A DNA stretch of 64,000 bases from the NCBI GenBank assembly GCA_019058365.1, contig JAHPZE010000002.1:64001-128000 (forward strand), in the 5' to 3' direction. This document shows, one piece after another, positions 41,059-51,486 of the stretch. The notes beneath the pieces were generated by a model. That model saw nothing but the letters and a program-made list of their open reading frames with translations, did no database searches and was not told where the DNA came from. This stretch comes from Promethearchaeota archaeon. Its GTDB lineage: Archaea; Asgardarchaeota; Lokiarchaeia; Sigyniarchaeales; SOKP01. Every line of letters begins with the position of its first letter. Position 1 is the stretch's first letter. A program made the translations under genes and the position numbers.

Positions 41059-42069
41059 ATGACTTCTCTGAGAATTACAACGCCCTGTCGAATTCATCTT
41101 TCTTTAATCGATGAAAATGGATACACCGGTAGAGTAGATGGCGGTATTGGTCTTATGTTAGACCGACCAAATGTAGTTTTTGAAGCCTCTAATAACGCTA
41201 AAGAATTTAAAATTGAAGCGAATAAGTATTATCGAGAATCAATTGAAGTTATTAATGAAATAGCCTCAAGGGTATTTAAAATATTCAATATTAGTAATAA
41301 AAATTTTCACTTCAATCTTAAAAGATATTTTCCATCACACGTAGGATTGGGCTCAAAGACGCAATTATCTTTAGCTATAGCCACCGTAATAACAAAGTTG
41401 AAGAATATTACTCAATTAACTACTAGTGAATTAACAAAATTAGTAGAAAGAGGAGGCACTTCCGGAATTGGATGGAGAGGTTTTGAAACAGGAGGTTTTA
41501 TTTTAGATGGTGGACATGATTTTGGGAAAGGAAAAGAAAAAGAGACTTTTTTACCATCGTCAGCTTCAACTTTTGCTAATCCTGCATTGACAATTTTTAG
41601 ATATAATATACCTGAAAATTGGAGATTTGTATTAGTCATTCCTAATGTAAAGAAAGGAGCATATGGAGATGAAGAAGTCAGTGTTTTTCAAAATTACGCT
41701 CCAGTTCCTAGAAATGAAGTAAATGAAGTTTCTCACCAAATAATTATGAAAATAATTCCTGGGATTATAAAAAATGATTTAAAATGCTTTGGAGAAGGAT
41801 TAAAAAGAATTCAGAGTATTGGTTTTAAAAAAATCGAAATTGAATTACAAAATGAAGTCGTCAAAGATCTTTTAAAATTTTTTGAAGAGTATGGATTAAA
41901 GGCATATGGTATGTCATCTTTTGGACCTAGTGTTGTTGGGGTTGTAGAATATGACTCAGAAGCAGAAATTTTATTAAGAGAAGTCCAAAAGAATCAAAAA
42001 AATAGTGGAGGACATATCTATATATGTAAACCTAATAATATAGGAGCAAAAATAGAATTAATAGATTGA
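41059..42069 (+). CDS. mptG: Beta-ribofuranosylaminobenzene 5'-phosphate synthase (GHMP fold)
   Basis: TPCRIHLSLIDENG..GRVDGGIG, PSHVGLGSKTQ, RGGTSGIG, GMSSFGP. Confidence 0.9.
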   Translation: MTSLRITTPCRIHLSLIDENGYTGRVDGGIGLMLDRPNVVFEASNNAKEFKIEANKYYRESIEVINEIASRVFKIFNISNKNFHFNLKRYFPSHVGLGSKTQLSLAIATVITKLKNITQLTTSELTKLVERGGTSGIGWRGFETGGFILDGGHDFGKGKEKETFLPSSASTFANPALTIFRYNIPENWRFVLVIPNVKKGAYGDEEVSVFQNYAPVPRNEVNEVSHQIIMKIIPGIIKNDLKCFGEGLKRIQSIGFKKIEIELQNEVVKDLLKFFEEYGLKAYGMSSFGPSVVGVVEYDSEAEILLREVQKNQKNSGGHIYICKPNNIGAKIELID

Positions 42070-42075
42070 TTATAG

Positions 42076-42471
42076 ATGCCTATAACTAGTAATAAAATTT
42101 ATTTTTCATCCGATCTAAGTGATAGAGAAAGAGCTTGTTTTGAAACTGGAATTAAATTAGGTGCGTTATACCATATTTTATGTGGAATCCCCATTCAAAG
42201 TGATGAAAATATAATTAATTCGATAGAAAGAGGTATTGAATCAGCAATTTCATGTCAACCTTATGTGAAATCTGTAAAAATTCATTTAAATAGAGAAAAA
42301 ATTTCAGGAAAAAAAAAATCAGAATTTGATTATGATGAGATTACAGGTAAAATAATTCAAGCAGAAATAAAGATCGAATATGAATCTGTTAATGTCTTAG
42401 CAAAAGTAGAATGGGTTGATGAATTAGAATATCCTTTAATGTTTATTGAAAAAATTCTTAAGAAGAGTTAA
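42076..42471 (+). CDS. mptD: Archaeal dihydroneopterin aldolase
   Basis: SDRERACFETGIKLGALYH, QPYV, LEYPLM. Confidence 0.88.
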   Translation: MPITSNKIYFSSDLSDRERACFETGIKLGALYHILCGIPIQSDENIINSIERGIESAISCQPYVKSVKIHLNREKISGKKKSEFDYDEITGKIIQAEIKIEYESVNVLAKVEWVDELEYPLMFIEKILKKS

Positions 42472-43166
42472 ATCTTTAATTTAGTTATATAATTGTTAAC
42501 TAATTCAATAGTTTTTAAAGCTCTTTTATTATATCCAAATCTTTCAATATCGTCAATAGAATCTTTTATTTTTTCATAAATCTTAGAAAATTGAGTTTGG
42601 TTATGATTCTCACTGGCAATCTTTAAGCGAGTTGCTAGTATTATCACTTCTAGAGCCAGATTCTCTGCTCTATTAAATAATTTATGAGTTTCTTGAAGTT
42701 TTTCAGTAAAAATAACATCTAATTTAAACACAGGTACAACAATTTCTCCAAAATTATTATCTTTTGTTTTTTGAAATTCATGTGAAACTTCGCCTACCAA
42801 AAGGCCCCATGCTTTTTTTATATATGGTACATCCATAGCACGAGATTCTATATATTTAAAATCGTAATATTTTGAGGGAAATTCTGTCAAATCAATAGGA
42901 GAATCTGGTTCTTTTAATGCAGCTAGAGCATATAAATATACGTCATTAACAAAATTGATTGCAATTGTATTATACTCCTTCAAATTTTTATAAGTAATAG
43001 TATTGTAGAAAGGAGATATTTGTATTTGTTCTCCGTCTATCATTCTAATGCCCATACAAGAAGCATTGGGCTTAATTTCCTTACCATTTTCTATTATAGA
43101 ATAAGTTGTGGCTATAATTTCATATAAATTGCCCTCTTTTAGTCCAAAATCTTGATAGTTAAACAT
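42468..43166 (-). CDS. DUF447 family protein
   Basis: YEIIATT, PNASCMGI, TYKNL, FNRA...LEVIILATR. Confidence 0.78.
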   Translation of the reverse strand: MFNYQDFGLKEGNLYEIIATTYSIIENGKEIKPNASCMGIRMIDGEQIQISPFYNTITYKNLKEYNTIAINFVNDVYLYALAALKEPDSPIDLTEFPSKYYDFKYIESRAMDVPYIKKAWGLLVGEVSHEFQKTKDNNFGEIVVPVFKLDVIFTEKLQETHKLFNRAENLALEVIILATRLKIASENHNQTQFSKIYEKIKDSIDDIERFGYNKRALKTIELVNNYITKLKI

Positions 43167-43235
43167 TTTAACCCATTTATGAGAGTATGTATTTTACTTC
43201 TTGCTCTAAAATATATTCTTCTCTAAAGTTAAAAT

Positions 43236-44114
43236 TTAAAGAGTAAAATTATTTACCTTAGGTTTTGTTTCAATTTCGGGATAAATTTTACCGACTATAG
43301 GTGGAGAACTATTATATATCTCTTCAATATTTACTAATCCATATTCAACATTTTCAACCGAATGAATACCTGTAAAGGTTCCTTTCACTACTTGGCTAGC
43401 CATATCGAAATTAGCGCCAATTACAGCAACTTTTGAATTATCAGGAATCTTTAAGAAATCCTCCTTTAAAGTGGTTAATGGAAAATAAAGCCTATTGTGG
43501 TCAACAGCATTTAATTGAAGATGTGGAATAATTATAGGATATCCATCAGAAGGATCGATAAATGCTATAGCTCTTATACCTATTTTATCTGTAAAAAGCT
43601 TATATCCTATAACATTTAGCCTTTTTTCTTCTAAATTAGTTTTTGCTTCTTTAGTAATAGCTTTAATTATTTTTCTAGGGATACCACCAGGGGGCAAATC
43701 TCTAATAGGAGTAACACCGATAATTTTATTATAAAATACTTTATACACGTTAAAATATGTGAAATAGCGAAAAAAATCAGAATTATTAAAATATTCGAGG
43801 TCTTCTCCTTCTGCTTTTGTATGGGTAAAATCAGCTTTAGCTTGGATAAACTTAAATGGAGCTTCAGCAGTCATATAGAAAAGACCTTGCTTAGGATTTT
43901 TTTGTACGTATTCTTTGCTAGATCCTGCGAAGAACTGACCCCATACTATTTGATCTCTACTCTTAGCTCGATTTGATGTAATAATTGTAAGATGAGGCCA
44001 ACCACGTGAATCTATTGTTGAAATTAATTTTACCATTATGTCTGGTTGAGTAAATTCTATAAGCTCATCTGAAAATTCAGAGAACCAACTAAATTTTTTG
44101 TTATCTTCACTCAT
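43236..44114 (-). CDS. Tandem pyridoxamine-5'-phosphate-oxidase-like (split-barrel FMN-binding) protein
   Basis: KLISTIDSRGWPHLT and AFIDPSDGYPIIIP duplicated half-domains; last gene of the GRE operon. Confidence 0.65.
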   Translation of the reverse strand: MSEDNKKFSWFSEFSDELIEFTQPDIMVKLISTIDSRGWPHLTIITSNRAKSRDQIVWGQFFAGSSKEYVQKNPKQGLFYMTAEAPFKFIQAKADFTHTKAEGEDLEYFNNSDFFRYFTYFNVYKVFYNKIIGVTPIRDLPPGGIPRKIIKAITKEAKTNLEEKRLNVIGYKLFTDKIGIRAIAFIDPSDGYPIIIPHLQLNAVDHNRLYFPLTTLKEDFLKIPDNSKVAVIGANFDMASQVVKGTFTGIHSVENVEYGLVNIEEIYNSSPPIVGKIYPEIETKPKVNNFTL

Positions 44115-44159
44115 AATTTATCAAGTCTTTTATTTTATTTAAATTCTTAATTGAATATA

Positions 44160-45167
44160 TCAACATGATCGTATTTTTAAATTATGATCGTTATTAGTAT
44201 CCACTTTATATTTTTCATCTCTTTTTGTTAATCCAGACCACTTAGGATTTGTAACGCCTGTAGTTTCTGCAATTTTAATAAAATGTACCATTTCTTCATT
44301 TTTCATTAAAGGTTCCTCTTTTAAAAGCCATTCCATATCTAATCTTTCATATTTCGAAAGGCAAAGATTATTAAAAGAAAGAAGATCCCATCTATCAGGA
44401 AAATTTTCTAATTTATTAACAATAAACTCACCGATTCCTTTGATATTCTCTTCTGTTGCTGTATAATGAGGGATAATTGGAGTTCTAATCCATATTTTTT
44501 TATTTCTTTTTTTCAAATAGTTCGAAATCCAAATAGCATTTTCAAGTATTAATTCATTAGGAACTCCTGTATATTCTTTATGCTTATTAGAATCTATGTG
44601 TTTTAAATCTAGTAAGACTAAATCGACATAAGGTAAAATCAATTCAAAAACCTTTTTAGAAGCATATCCACAAGTATCTAAAGCAGTAGAAATTCCGTTG
44701 GCTTTACATTTTTTTAAAAATTCAACAACAAAATCAGGTTGTTGTGTTGGTTCACCACCAGAAACAGTTATTCCTCCTTTAGATTTCGTATAATAAACTT
44801 TATCTTTTTCTATTTCATAAAAGAGATCATCTAATTTCCACCATTGACCTAACATATTTAATGCTGTAGAAGGACATTCGTCAACGCATAAATTGCATCC
44901 ATTACACTTATTTCTGTCAATATTTAGACCATCCCTATCAAATGTTAACGCATTTTCTGGGCATGTTTCTATACACGTATTGCATCCAATACACTTATGT
45001 TTAAACCATTCAAGTTGAGGTAGTTTAAGTATAGATTCAGGATTATGACACCAAACGCATTTTAACGGACATTGTTTTAAAAAAACGGTTGTTCGAATGC
45101 CAGGGCCATCTTCTGTTGAAAATTTTTGAATTTGAAATACTAAAGCTTCAGATGCAACCATTATCAT
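44160..45167 (-). CDS. Glycyl-radical enzyme activating enzyme with 2x[4Fe-4S] insert
   Basis: DGPGIRTTVFLK.CPLKCVWCHNPE, CIGCNTCIETCP, CNGCNLCVDECP, SGGEP. Confidence 0.93.
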   Translation of the reverse strand: MIMVASEALVFQIQKFSTEDGPGIRTTVFLKQCPLKCVWCHNPESILKLPQLEWFKHKCIGCNTCIETCPENALTFDRDGLNIDRNKCNGCNLCVDECPSTALNMLGQWWKLDDLFYEIEKDKVYYTKSKGGITVSGGEPTQQPDFVVEFLKKCKANGISTALDTCGYASKKVFELILPYVDLVLLDLKHIDSNKHKEYTGVPNELILENAIWISNYLKKRNKKIWIRTPIIPHYTATEENIKGIGEFIVNKLENFPDRWDLLSFNNLCLSKYERLDMEWLLKEEPLMKNEEMVHFIKIAETTGVTNPKWSGLTKRDEKYKVDTNNDHNLKIRSC

Positions 45168-45197
45168 ATATAATAATTTTTAAAATAATTAAGATTT

Positions 45198-47705
45198 TTA
45201 CATATTATGCGATTCTCGTGCAATAATTTCGTTTTGCAATTCACGTCCTATAGCAGTGAAATATGCATTATAACCTGTAACTCTGACTAAAAGATTCTTA
45301 TAATTTTCAGGATGCTTTTGAGCGTCTCGCAACATTTCAGCATCAAGCATATTGATTTGTAGAGAAGTTCCTCCATTTTCTATATAACCTCGTAAATAAG
45401 CTTTAAATTTCTCTTTGTGTTCTGGAGCTTTAATAATAGATGGATTAAATGTAATTGTATGACTAGCGCCATTTGGTAAGTAATTAATATATTCTCCTGA
45501 TTCGTTTTTACCACCTATAGCTTTTCCAACTGAATTAGTAACAGCTGTTGGGCCTTTTACATCAACTCCATTAGTAGGACAAATTGCGTTTGATAGGAAA
45601 GTTCCTTTATATCTACCGTTTGGTGTCGCTATGGTATTTCCTGCATCAGCACCAGCCCAATAATTCCATGAAAGCATTCCTGGACGATATTGATAATCAG
45701 TTAGAGTTTTATATTTCCAACATTCTTCTGTCCATGTTTCCATAATCGTCCTAGCAAGTTCATCAGCATCATCCATATCATTACCATATTTAGGAGCTTT
45801 ATTTTTTAAGTAAGTGTGCATAATTTCATAATCCTTACCTTCATAATTATTTTGTAAAGCGTCTTTAATTTGTGAAATTGCATATTTTTTATCTTCATAA
45901 ACAAGTTTTTTAATTGATAATAATGAATCAACTGTTGTGGCAAATCCAACGCCTTCAATAGTTACAAATCGTAACTCAGGGCCTCCATTTCTAATATCTA
46001 GACCCTTTTCTATACACCCTCGAACAATACTAGATAAATATGGAGTAGGAAGAAATTTTCCCCGAAGTTCTTCACACATATCATTTAAATCTACGGCGTA
46101 TTTAATAATAAATTGGATTTGTTTTTTCCATGCACTCCAAAATTCTTCCCAATTATTGAAATTCTCGGGATCTCCTGTTTCTGGTCCAATTTGTTCATCG
46201 GCTTTAGTTACAATCTCATTTCCTGGCATGTTTTTACCATTCCACAATGTTAATTCAATACTTTTTGTTAGGTTAGGATTACAATTAACAGTGCTTGATC
46301 GATCATTTCCCTGCATAGTATTCTCCAAACACCCTACTACTCCATAATCCCAAGCCTCATGTTTCGGGATTCCTTCCCTTATCATTCCGGCAATACTTCT
46401 TTCATCAAAATTTAATAAAAAAGGAGAACCTTGAGCTCTAGCAATCATATCAATAATTTTGTTTAATAATTTTTCAGAGGAATTTCTATGCAATCTAACG
46501 TTTGGTTTCGGTTCCAAGATTGGATACCACTCATCTATTACTTCCAGAAAGGTATAAGTTAATTCATTTGTTAAATCCTCTCCATTTTGTCCACATCCAG
46601 ATAATGTAATTATTTGACCAAATCCTGATGTAATACCTTGTTTTCCAGCATTTATCATCGCATCATATGCAGTATTACAATGGAACCAAAAACTCCCTAA
46701 TATCTCTTTTACGAAGTTTTTGGCAATAGTTTTATCATTAAGTACATCCTTTTTATATAAGGACCATAAATATTGATCTATTCGACCAAAAGAAAGCCCC
46801 GGTCCAGGATAAGATTCTTCCGCCATTACAAGCATATGAGTAAGCCATACAGCTTGAATTCCTTGCCAGAAAGTTTCTGAGGGTTCCCATGGGACATGCT
46901 CCAAATTTTTAGCCATTTCTTCAAGCTCTTCTCCACGTTCATAAGTTGGAACTTTATTTTTTAATCTTCTACATTCTTCAGCATATTTTTTTGCCAATTT
47001 CCTCGGAATTTCTGCTGTCATCATGATTGCTCTAAGTTCTTGTCCTTTTGGTCCTAATTTTTCTTCTTCACTAAATTTGGAATAACTGTCTTTTGCTTTC
47101 TTATAAATATATTTAAATCCCTTTTTAACAACTGTCTCATAGTCAGGAATTATATGTCCCCCGATTGCCCCGAGATTTCCAAATCCAGATTTATGAAATT
47201 GAAAGATAGCCTCTCTATTTCTAATATTTTTTTTCCAATATTCCTTTGCTTCATCTTGATTAAAACACTTACTCAATTGAGTATTAAATCTAGAACCGGC
47301 TAATAAACTTGGACCTACTATTTCCTGGGGAATATAATTTAACATTACTTCTTCAAGAAATTTTATTCTGCGTTCTGGTAAAGATAACTTCCAAAAATTA
47401 TCTGGTAATTTAACATCTGAAGCCATTGATCTAAAAGAAGAAGCTAAAACTCCTTTGTCGTTTTTTCCTAATACCTGTATATAACTATAGATTTCTGGGA
47501 CGATATAGTAATCACCTTCGTAAAGAATTATATCCCAATCAGTTCCAGTTGTAAATGGCATGAATTGATTATTCCATTCTCGATCTAAACCCTTAAAATA
47601 ATAGTCTCTAAGCCATTTAGAGCGAGGAGAAAGATCATGAGGTTCTGCAATAGGAAATTTTGGTACTTGTTCTTGGTAAACATTATTCTCATTGATTTTA
47701 CTCAT
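45198..47705 (-). CDS. Glycyl radical enzyme (PFL2-like), substrate unknown
   Basis: SFGRIDQYL, single-Cys loop VVGCLE, C-terminal LLVRVTGYNAYF. Confidence 0.92.
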   Translation of the reverse strand: MSKINENNVYQEQVPKFPIAEPHDLSPRSKWLRDYYFKGLDREWNNQFMPFTTGTDWDIILYEGDYYIVPEIYSYIQVLGKNDKGVLASSFRSMASDVKLPDNFWKLSLPERRIKFLEEVMLNYIPQEIVGPSLLAGSRFNTQLSKCFNQDEAKEYWKKNIRNREAIFQFHKSGFGNLGAIGGHIIPDYETVVKKGFKYIYKKAKDSYSKFSEEEKLGPKGQELRAIMMTAEIPRKLAKKYAEECRRLKNKVPTYERGEELEEMAKNLEHVPWEPSETFWQGIQAVWLTHMLVMAEESYPGPGLSFGRIDQYLWSLYKKDVLNDKTIAKNFVKEILGSFWFHCNTAYDAMINAGKQGITSGFGQIITLSGCGQNGEDLTNELTYTFLEVIDEWYPILEPKPNVRLHRNSSEKLLNKIIDMIARAQGSPFLLNFDERSIAGMIREGIPKHEAWDYGVVGCLENTMQGNDRSSTVNCNPNLTKSIELTLWNGKNMPGNEIVTKADEQIGPETGDPENFNNWEEFWSAWKKQIQFIIKYAVDLNDMCEELRGKFLPTPYLSSIVRGCIEKGLDIRNGGPELRFVTIEGVGFATTVDSLLSIKKLVYEDKKYAISQIKDALQNNYEGKDYEIMHTYLKNKAPKYGNDMDDADELARTIMETWTEECWKYKTLTDYQYRPGMLSWNYWAGADAGNTIATPNGRYKGTFLSNAICPTNGVDVKGPTAVTNSVGKAIGGKNESGEYINYLPNGASHTITFNPSIIKAPEHKEKFKAYLRGYIENGGTSLQINMLDAEMLRDAQKHPENYKNLLVRVTGYNAYFTAIGRELQNEIIARESHNM

Positions 47706-47957
47706 TACTATAAACCTTTAAAATCTTAATAATAATATATAATTTTAAATATCTTATTAATTTAAGAAATCTTCTTCTAATTTTAATTAAATCAACTACT
47801 TTTTTAAAATTATAAATTATATTTAATAATAATTTATGCAAAAAGGAATATTTACTTTTATAAAAAAAAATTAGATAAGTAGAATCTTTTAAGCATCTTA
47901 TTTGAATAATATTGAATTAAAAGGAAATTTATCAAGAAAAAGATGATTTTTTTCTTA

Positions 47958-49490
47958 TTAAAATCCAGAATCTCTTTTTGGAAATCTACTTCGAGTTATT
48001 GAATACTCATGGAACAATTTATCTAAAATTTCTAGCCTTTTCTCTTTTTCTTTTTCCCATAAATTATACAATTCTGCCTTATCATTCTTTCTGTTGAAAA
48101 GATCCCCATATCCTGGTAATTCGGCATATTTGGTTAACTTATAATCTTTAGTTATTAAATGAACTATTCTCGTATATAAAGGGCCATATGGACCTACTTC
48201 CTCATCTTCAGTGATGAGAATAGAATCTCTTAATTCCACTTTAGGATCTTTCAAAACAGGTGACATGTCGTAACCTTGCATTCCGGGGGGTCTATATCTT
48301 TCTCTGATGTTAAGTAATTCAAGAATTGTTTTAGGTAAATCTACTGAACTAATTAATGCATCAGAAACAGCAGGCTTAGTGACTCCTGGAACTTTCCAAA
48401 CCAAAGGAACCTGCAAAGTACCGTTGAAGGGAGAGATTCCTTTTAATATTAAACTATGGTCCCCCATATAATCTCCGTGATCAGATGTGAAAACAACCAT
48501 TGTATTATCTGATAAACCAAGCTTTTCCAATGAAGCTAAAATTTGACCTACTGCGTGATCTATTAAAGAAACAGAACCATAACTAAGAGCAATAAACTTT
48601 TTAATATTTTCTTCTGTTTCTTCCCGTAACATCGCACCTCTAACAGGAGGGTGTTCTAAATATTGTTTTAAATAAGGGTGTTTATACAAATTCTCTATAT
48701 TATGAACATTATCGGGGATTATCATATCCTCTGGTTTATACATATCCCAATACTTTCCTGGCGGAGAAACTGGTTGATGGGGATCAGGAAATGAACAATG
48801 CAAAAAGAAAGGTTTTTTTCCATAATCTCCATTACCATATTTTTCTAAAAATGCGATAGTCTTATTCTGGATATAGGTAGTATTATAAAGTTCTAATGGA
48901 ACCCAATTTTCATAAAAAACTTCTAAAGCTGGGACTTTTGTATTATATTCCTGTATTATTTTTTTTGCGAGTTTAGGATTTTTCTCCTCAACCCATTCAA
49001 GATAATGGCCTAAACACGTATTTCCATGTCCAACTACTAAATCAACCTCTTCAAACCCATAATAAGGTATTGGAAAATTCTTATGAGTTAAATAGGCTCC
49101 TTTGGGATTTTTAACCTTCCAATCCTGAAAGTCTTCTGCAGATTTCGTCTTAGGATCGTATCGAGGCGTCCACGTATTATAATGAGTTTTTCCTATACTA
49201 ATTGTATTATATCCTTTCTTAACTAATGATTGAGTTATTGTTGGTATCTGTTTTGGCAGATTAATTCCATTACTTCTAACACCATGTACATTAGGATAAT
49301 ATCCAGTTAATAAAGTAGCTCTATTTGGCATACACATTGGGCAGACAGTGAAAGCATTAGAAAATCTTACACCTTCTTTAGCAAGCAAATCAATATTGGG
49401 TGTACTAATAATAGGATTACCATAACAATGTAACATATCAGCACGTTGCTGATCTGTAATAATAAAAAGGACATTCATTTTTTCACTCAT
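47958..49490 (-). CDS. Cys-type sulfatase (choline-sulfatase-like)
   Basis: ITDQQRAD, CMPNRATLLTG, GKTH, PDPH, SDHG. Confidence 0.9.
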   Translation of the reverse strand: MSEKMNVLFIITDQQRADMLHCYGNPIISTPNIDLLAKEGVRFSNAFTVCPMCMPNRATLLTGYYPNVHGVRSNGINLPKQIPTITQSLVKKGYNTISIGKTHYNTWTPRYDPKTKSAEDFQDWKVKNPKGAYLTHKNFPIPYYGFEEVDLVVGHGNTCLGHYLEWVEEKNPKLAKKIIQEYNTKVPALEVFYENWVPLELYNTTYIQNKTIAFLEKYGNGDYGKKPFFLHCSFPDPHQPVSPPGKYWDMYKPEDMIIPDNVHNIENLYKHPYLKQYLEHPPVRGAMLREETEENIKKFIALSYGSVSLIDHAVGQILASLEKLGLSDNTMVVFTSDHGDYMGDHSLILKGISPFNGTLQVPLVWKVPGVTKPAVSDALISSVDLPKTILELLNIRERYRPPGMQGYDMSPVLKDPKVELRDSILITEDEEVGPYGPLYTRIVHLITKDYKLTKYAELPGYGDLFNRKNDKAELYNLWEKEKEKRLEILDKLFHEYSITRSRFPKRDSGF

Positions 49491-49589
49491 ACTATTTACC
49501 TAAAAATGGCTTAACGAATAAATATATTTTTTTTATTATAATTAAAAAAAATAAAAATGGAAAATAAGGTTTTCAATCTAAAATTTTTA

Positions 49590-50120
49590 TTATTTTAATC
49601 TTACCTCTGAGAGATGAAGATGATCTGTTTCTACTTCTACAAAAGCTTTAAATATTTGCTTTACTCGAGTATTTTTTGCTTCAGCTGCCGCTTGGCTATA
49701 GAATTTTATAGCTCTATCTTCTCTTGAATGAGATTCTTCCAGATTTGGTTTATATTTCGCTGCACATTTATCATATTTAGGAAATTCAACTTTATCTAGC
49801 TTGAGTATTTTTTTCCAAACTGATGCGTGTTCCCCCTCAACCTTAGCAAGAATTTTAAAAATTTTTTGACCATCTAATTCTGGAGTCTTATTGCTCGCAC
49901 ATTTATAAAAGATATTATTCGATATTTCGACTTCTAAAGCCTTTTCTACATTAGTCTTATCTTTTTCATTTAATTCAACATCCCAAGCACCTGCATCATC
50001 ATATTGTGTTGATTCTACAAAATATTTTTTAAATGCGCCACAAAAAGGGCATCGACTAGGTGCTTCTTCTCCAATATACGCTTCTCCACATATCTTACAT
50101 ACAAATACTTTAACAAAAAT
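49590..50120 (-). CDS. Rubredoxin-like plus ferritin-like di-iron protein (reverse-rubrerythrin-like), missed by the ORF track
   Basis: CKICG...CPFCGA; ALEVE..N..FY, EGEH, E.RA..FY, ETDH; 176 codons open; proposed ATT start at 50120. Confidence 0.85.
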   Translation of the reverse strand: MFVKVFVCKICGEAYIGEEAPSRCPFCGAFKKYFVESTQYDDAGAWDVELNEKDKTNVEKALEVEISNNIFYKCASNKTPELDGQKIFKILAKVEGEHASVWKKILKLDKVEFPKYDKCAAKYKPNLEESHSREDRAIKFYSQAAAEAKNTRVKQIFKAFVEVETDHLHLSEVRLK

Positions 50121-50211
50121 TTTTTTTCACTACTTTTATAATTAATTTTTTTCCTATTATTTAACAAAAATTTTTTTTCACTACTTTTATAATTAATTTT
50201 TTTCCTATTAT
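50110..50211. repeat. Perfect 51-bp tandem duplication
   Basis: 50110-50160 is identical to 50161-50211. Confidence 0.9.
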
Positions 50212-50391
50212 TTTCTTACAACTTAGTATAAGAGTTCAAATTTAGATTAAATTATTAAAATTTTCACAGTTTTTATAGTTTTAAGTTAATTTCTAAAAAC
50301 ATTATGCGTTAAATGCAATTATTAAAAAAAAATAGAATATAAAAAGAATTATAGAATCTTTTAAAATGCATTAATTTATTTAATCTTTGAA

Positions 50392-51486
50392 ATGATTTAT
50401 CGAGTTCTAGGCATAGATCCTGGTAGTCTATCATGGGATTTCTTCGGTTTGGAGGATAATAAAACAATTCTTGACACATCTTTACCCACTAAAGAACTAA
50501 TTGCTAATCCTCAGAAAGCTATTACTATAATTAATTCTGTAAAAAATATTGATCTAATGGTTGCTCCAAGTGGGTTTGGGCTTCCTTTAAAAGATGTACA
50601 AGAGTTAACAGAGCAAGATATTTTTTTTACGTTATTGAAATTTGATCAGAAAGAAAAAAACAAATTAATCGGTCTTGGTGAGGTTTTAAGACTTATAAAA
50701 GCTCAAAAGATACCTGGCATCATTGTACCTGGAGTTAAACATTTACCTACTGTTCCAAAGTATCGAAAAATTAATAAAATTGATATGGGTACGGCAGATA
50801 AAATTTGCACAGCTGTTACTGGAATTAAAGACCAAATGGAAAGATTTGAAGTTGGTCCAGAAAATACAAATTTTATTATGGTTGAGATAGGTTATGGGTT
50901 TACAGCAGTTTTAGCAATTGAAAATGGTCAAATTATTGATGGAATTGGAGGAAGTAATATAATGGGTTTTAGAGCTTGTGGCAGTCTTGATGGAGAATTA
51001 GCCTATCTAATTAAAAATATTCATAAAAAAAATATATATAAAGGTGGAGTAGCCTATATTTCAGGCTATTCCGATTTGAGTTTGAAAGAAATTACACTTT
51101 TAGCCGAGAAGGATGAACAAACTAAGATTGCTCTAAAAGCTTATTTATCAAGCGTGAAAAAAGCTGTTTTTGGAATATCTTCGTCTTTTTCATCCAAAGA
51201 AAAAATTAAAGAAGTAATGTTGGCGGGGAGAGGATCAAATTTAGCATATATTCGAGAGAAAATGATTCGTGGTTTAAATGATGTTGCCCCTGTAAGAATA
51301 ATGAATTCATATAGTCAAATAGCAAAACGTGCTGCTCAAGGCGCAGCCTTTATTGCCAATGGAATATTAGGTGGTAGATTCGAACCAATTATTAATAATT
51401 TAAAAATTAAAGAAGCTAATGGTTCTATTTTAGATGATATTTTTATTCCATTCGAAAAAGAAAAACTGATAAGTGATTTAGATTAG
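50392..51486 (+). CDS. DUF1464 family ASKHA-fold (butyrate-kinase-like) protein
   Basis: GIDPGS.SWD, PSGFGLP, PGVKHLPTVP.YRK.NKIDMGTADK, AAQGAAFIANG. Confidence 0.85.
   Translation: MIYRVLGIDPGSLSWDFFGLEDNKTILDTSLPTKELIANPQKAITIINSVKNIDLMVAPSGFGLPLKDVQELTEQDIFFTLLKFDQKEKNKLIGLGEVLRLIKAQKIPGIIVPGVKHLPTVPKYRKINKIDMGTADKICTAVTGIKDQMERFEVGPENTNFIMVEIGYGFTAVLAIENGQIIDGIGGSNIMGFRACGSLDGELAYLIKNIHKKNIYKGGVAYISGYSDLSLKEITLLAEKDEQTKIALKAYLSSVKKAVFGISSSFSSKEKIKEVMLAGRGSNLAYIREKMIRGLNDVAPVRIMNSYSQIAKRAAQGAAFIANGILGGRFEPIINNLKIKEANGSILDDIFIPFEKEKLISDLD

Noticed and set aside
45198-47705. Calling the GRE pyruvate formate-lyase or hydroxyphenylacetate decarboxylase
   Set aside because: It lacks the PFL CC pair and has no small Fe-S subunit gene; GCLE alone is not diagnostic
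50127-50129. In-frame TGA just upstream of the rubrerythrin-like and MTase frames as possible selenocysteine readthrough
   Set aside because: The TGAs belong to the GTGA/CTGA SD-like motifs, do not align to Cys positions, and no SECIS was recognised
50110-50211. 51-bp repeat as a CRISPR remnant
   Set aside because: Directly adjacent copies with no spacer and no cas genes
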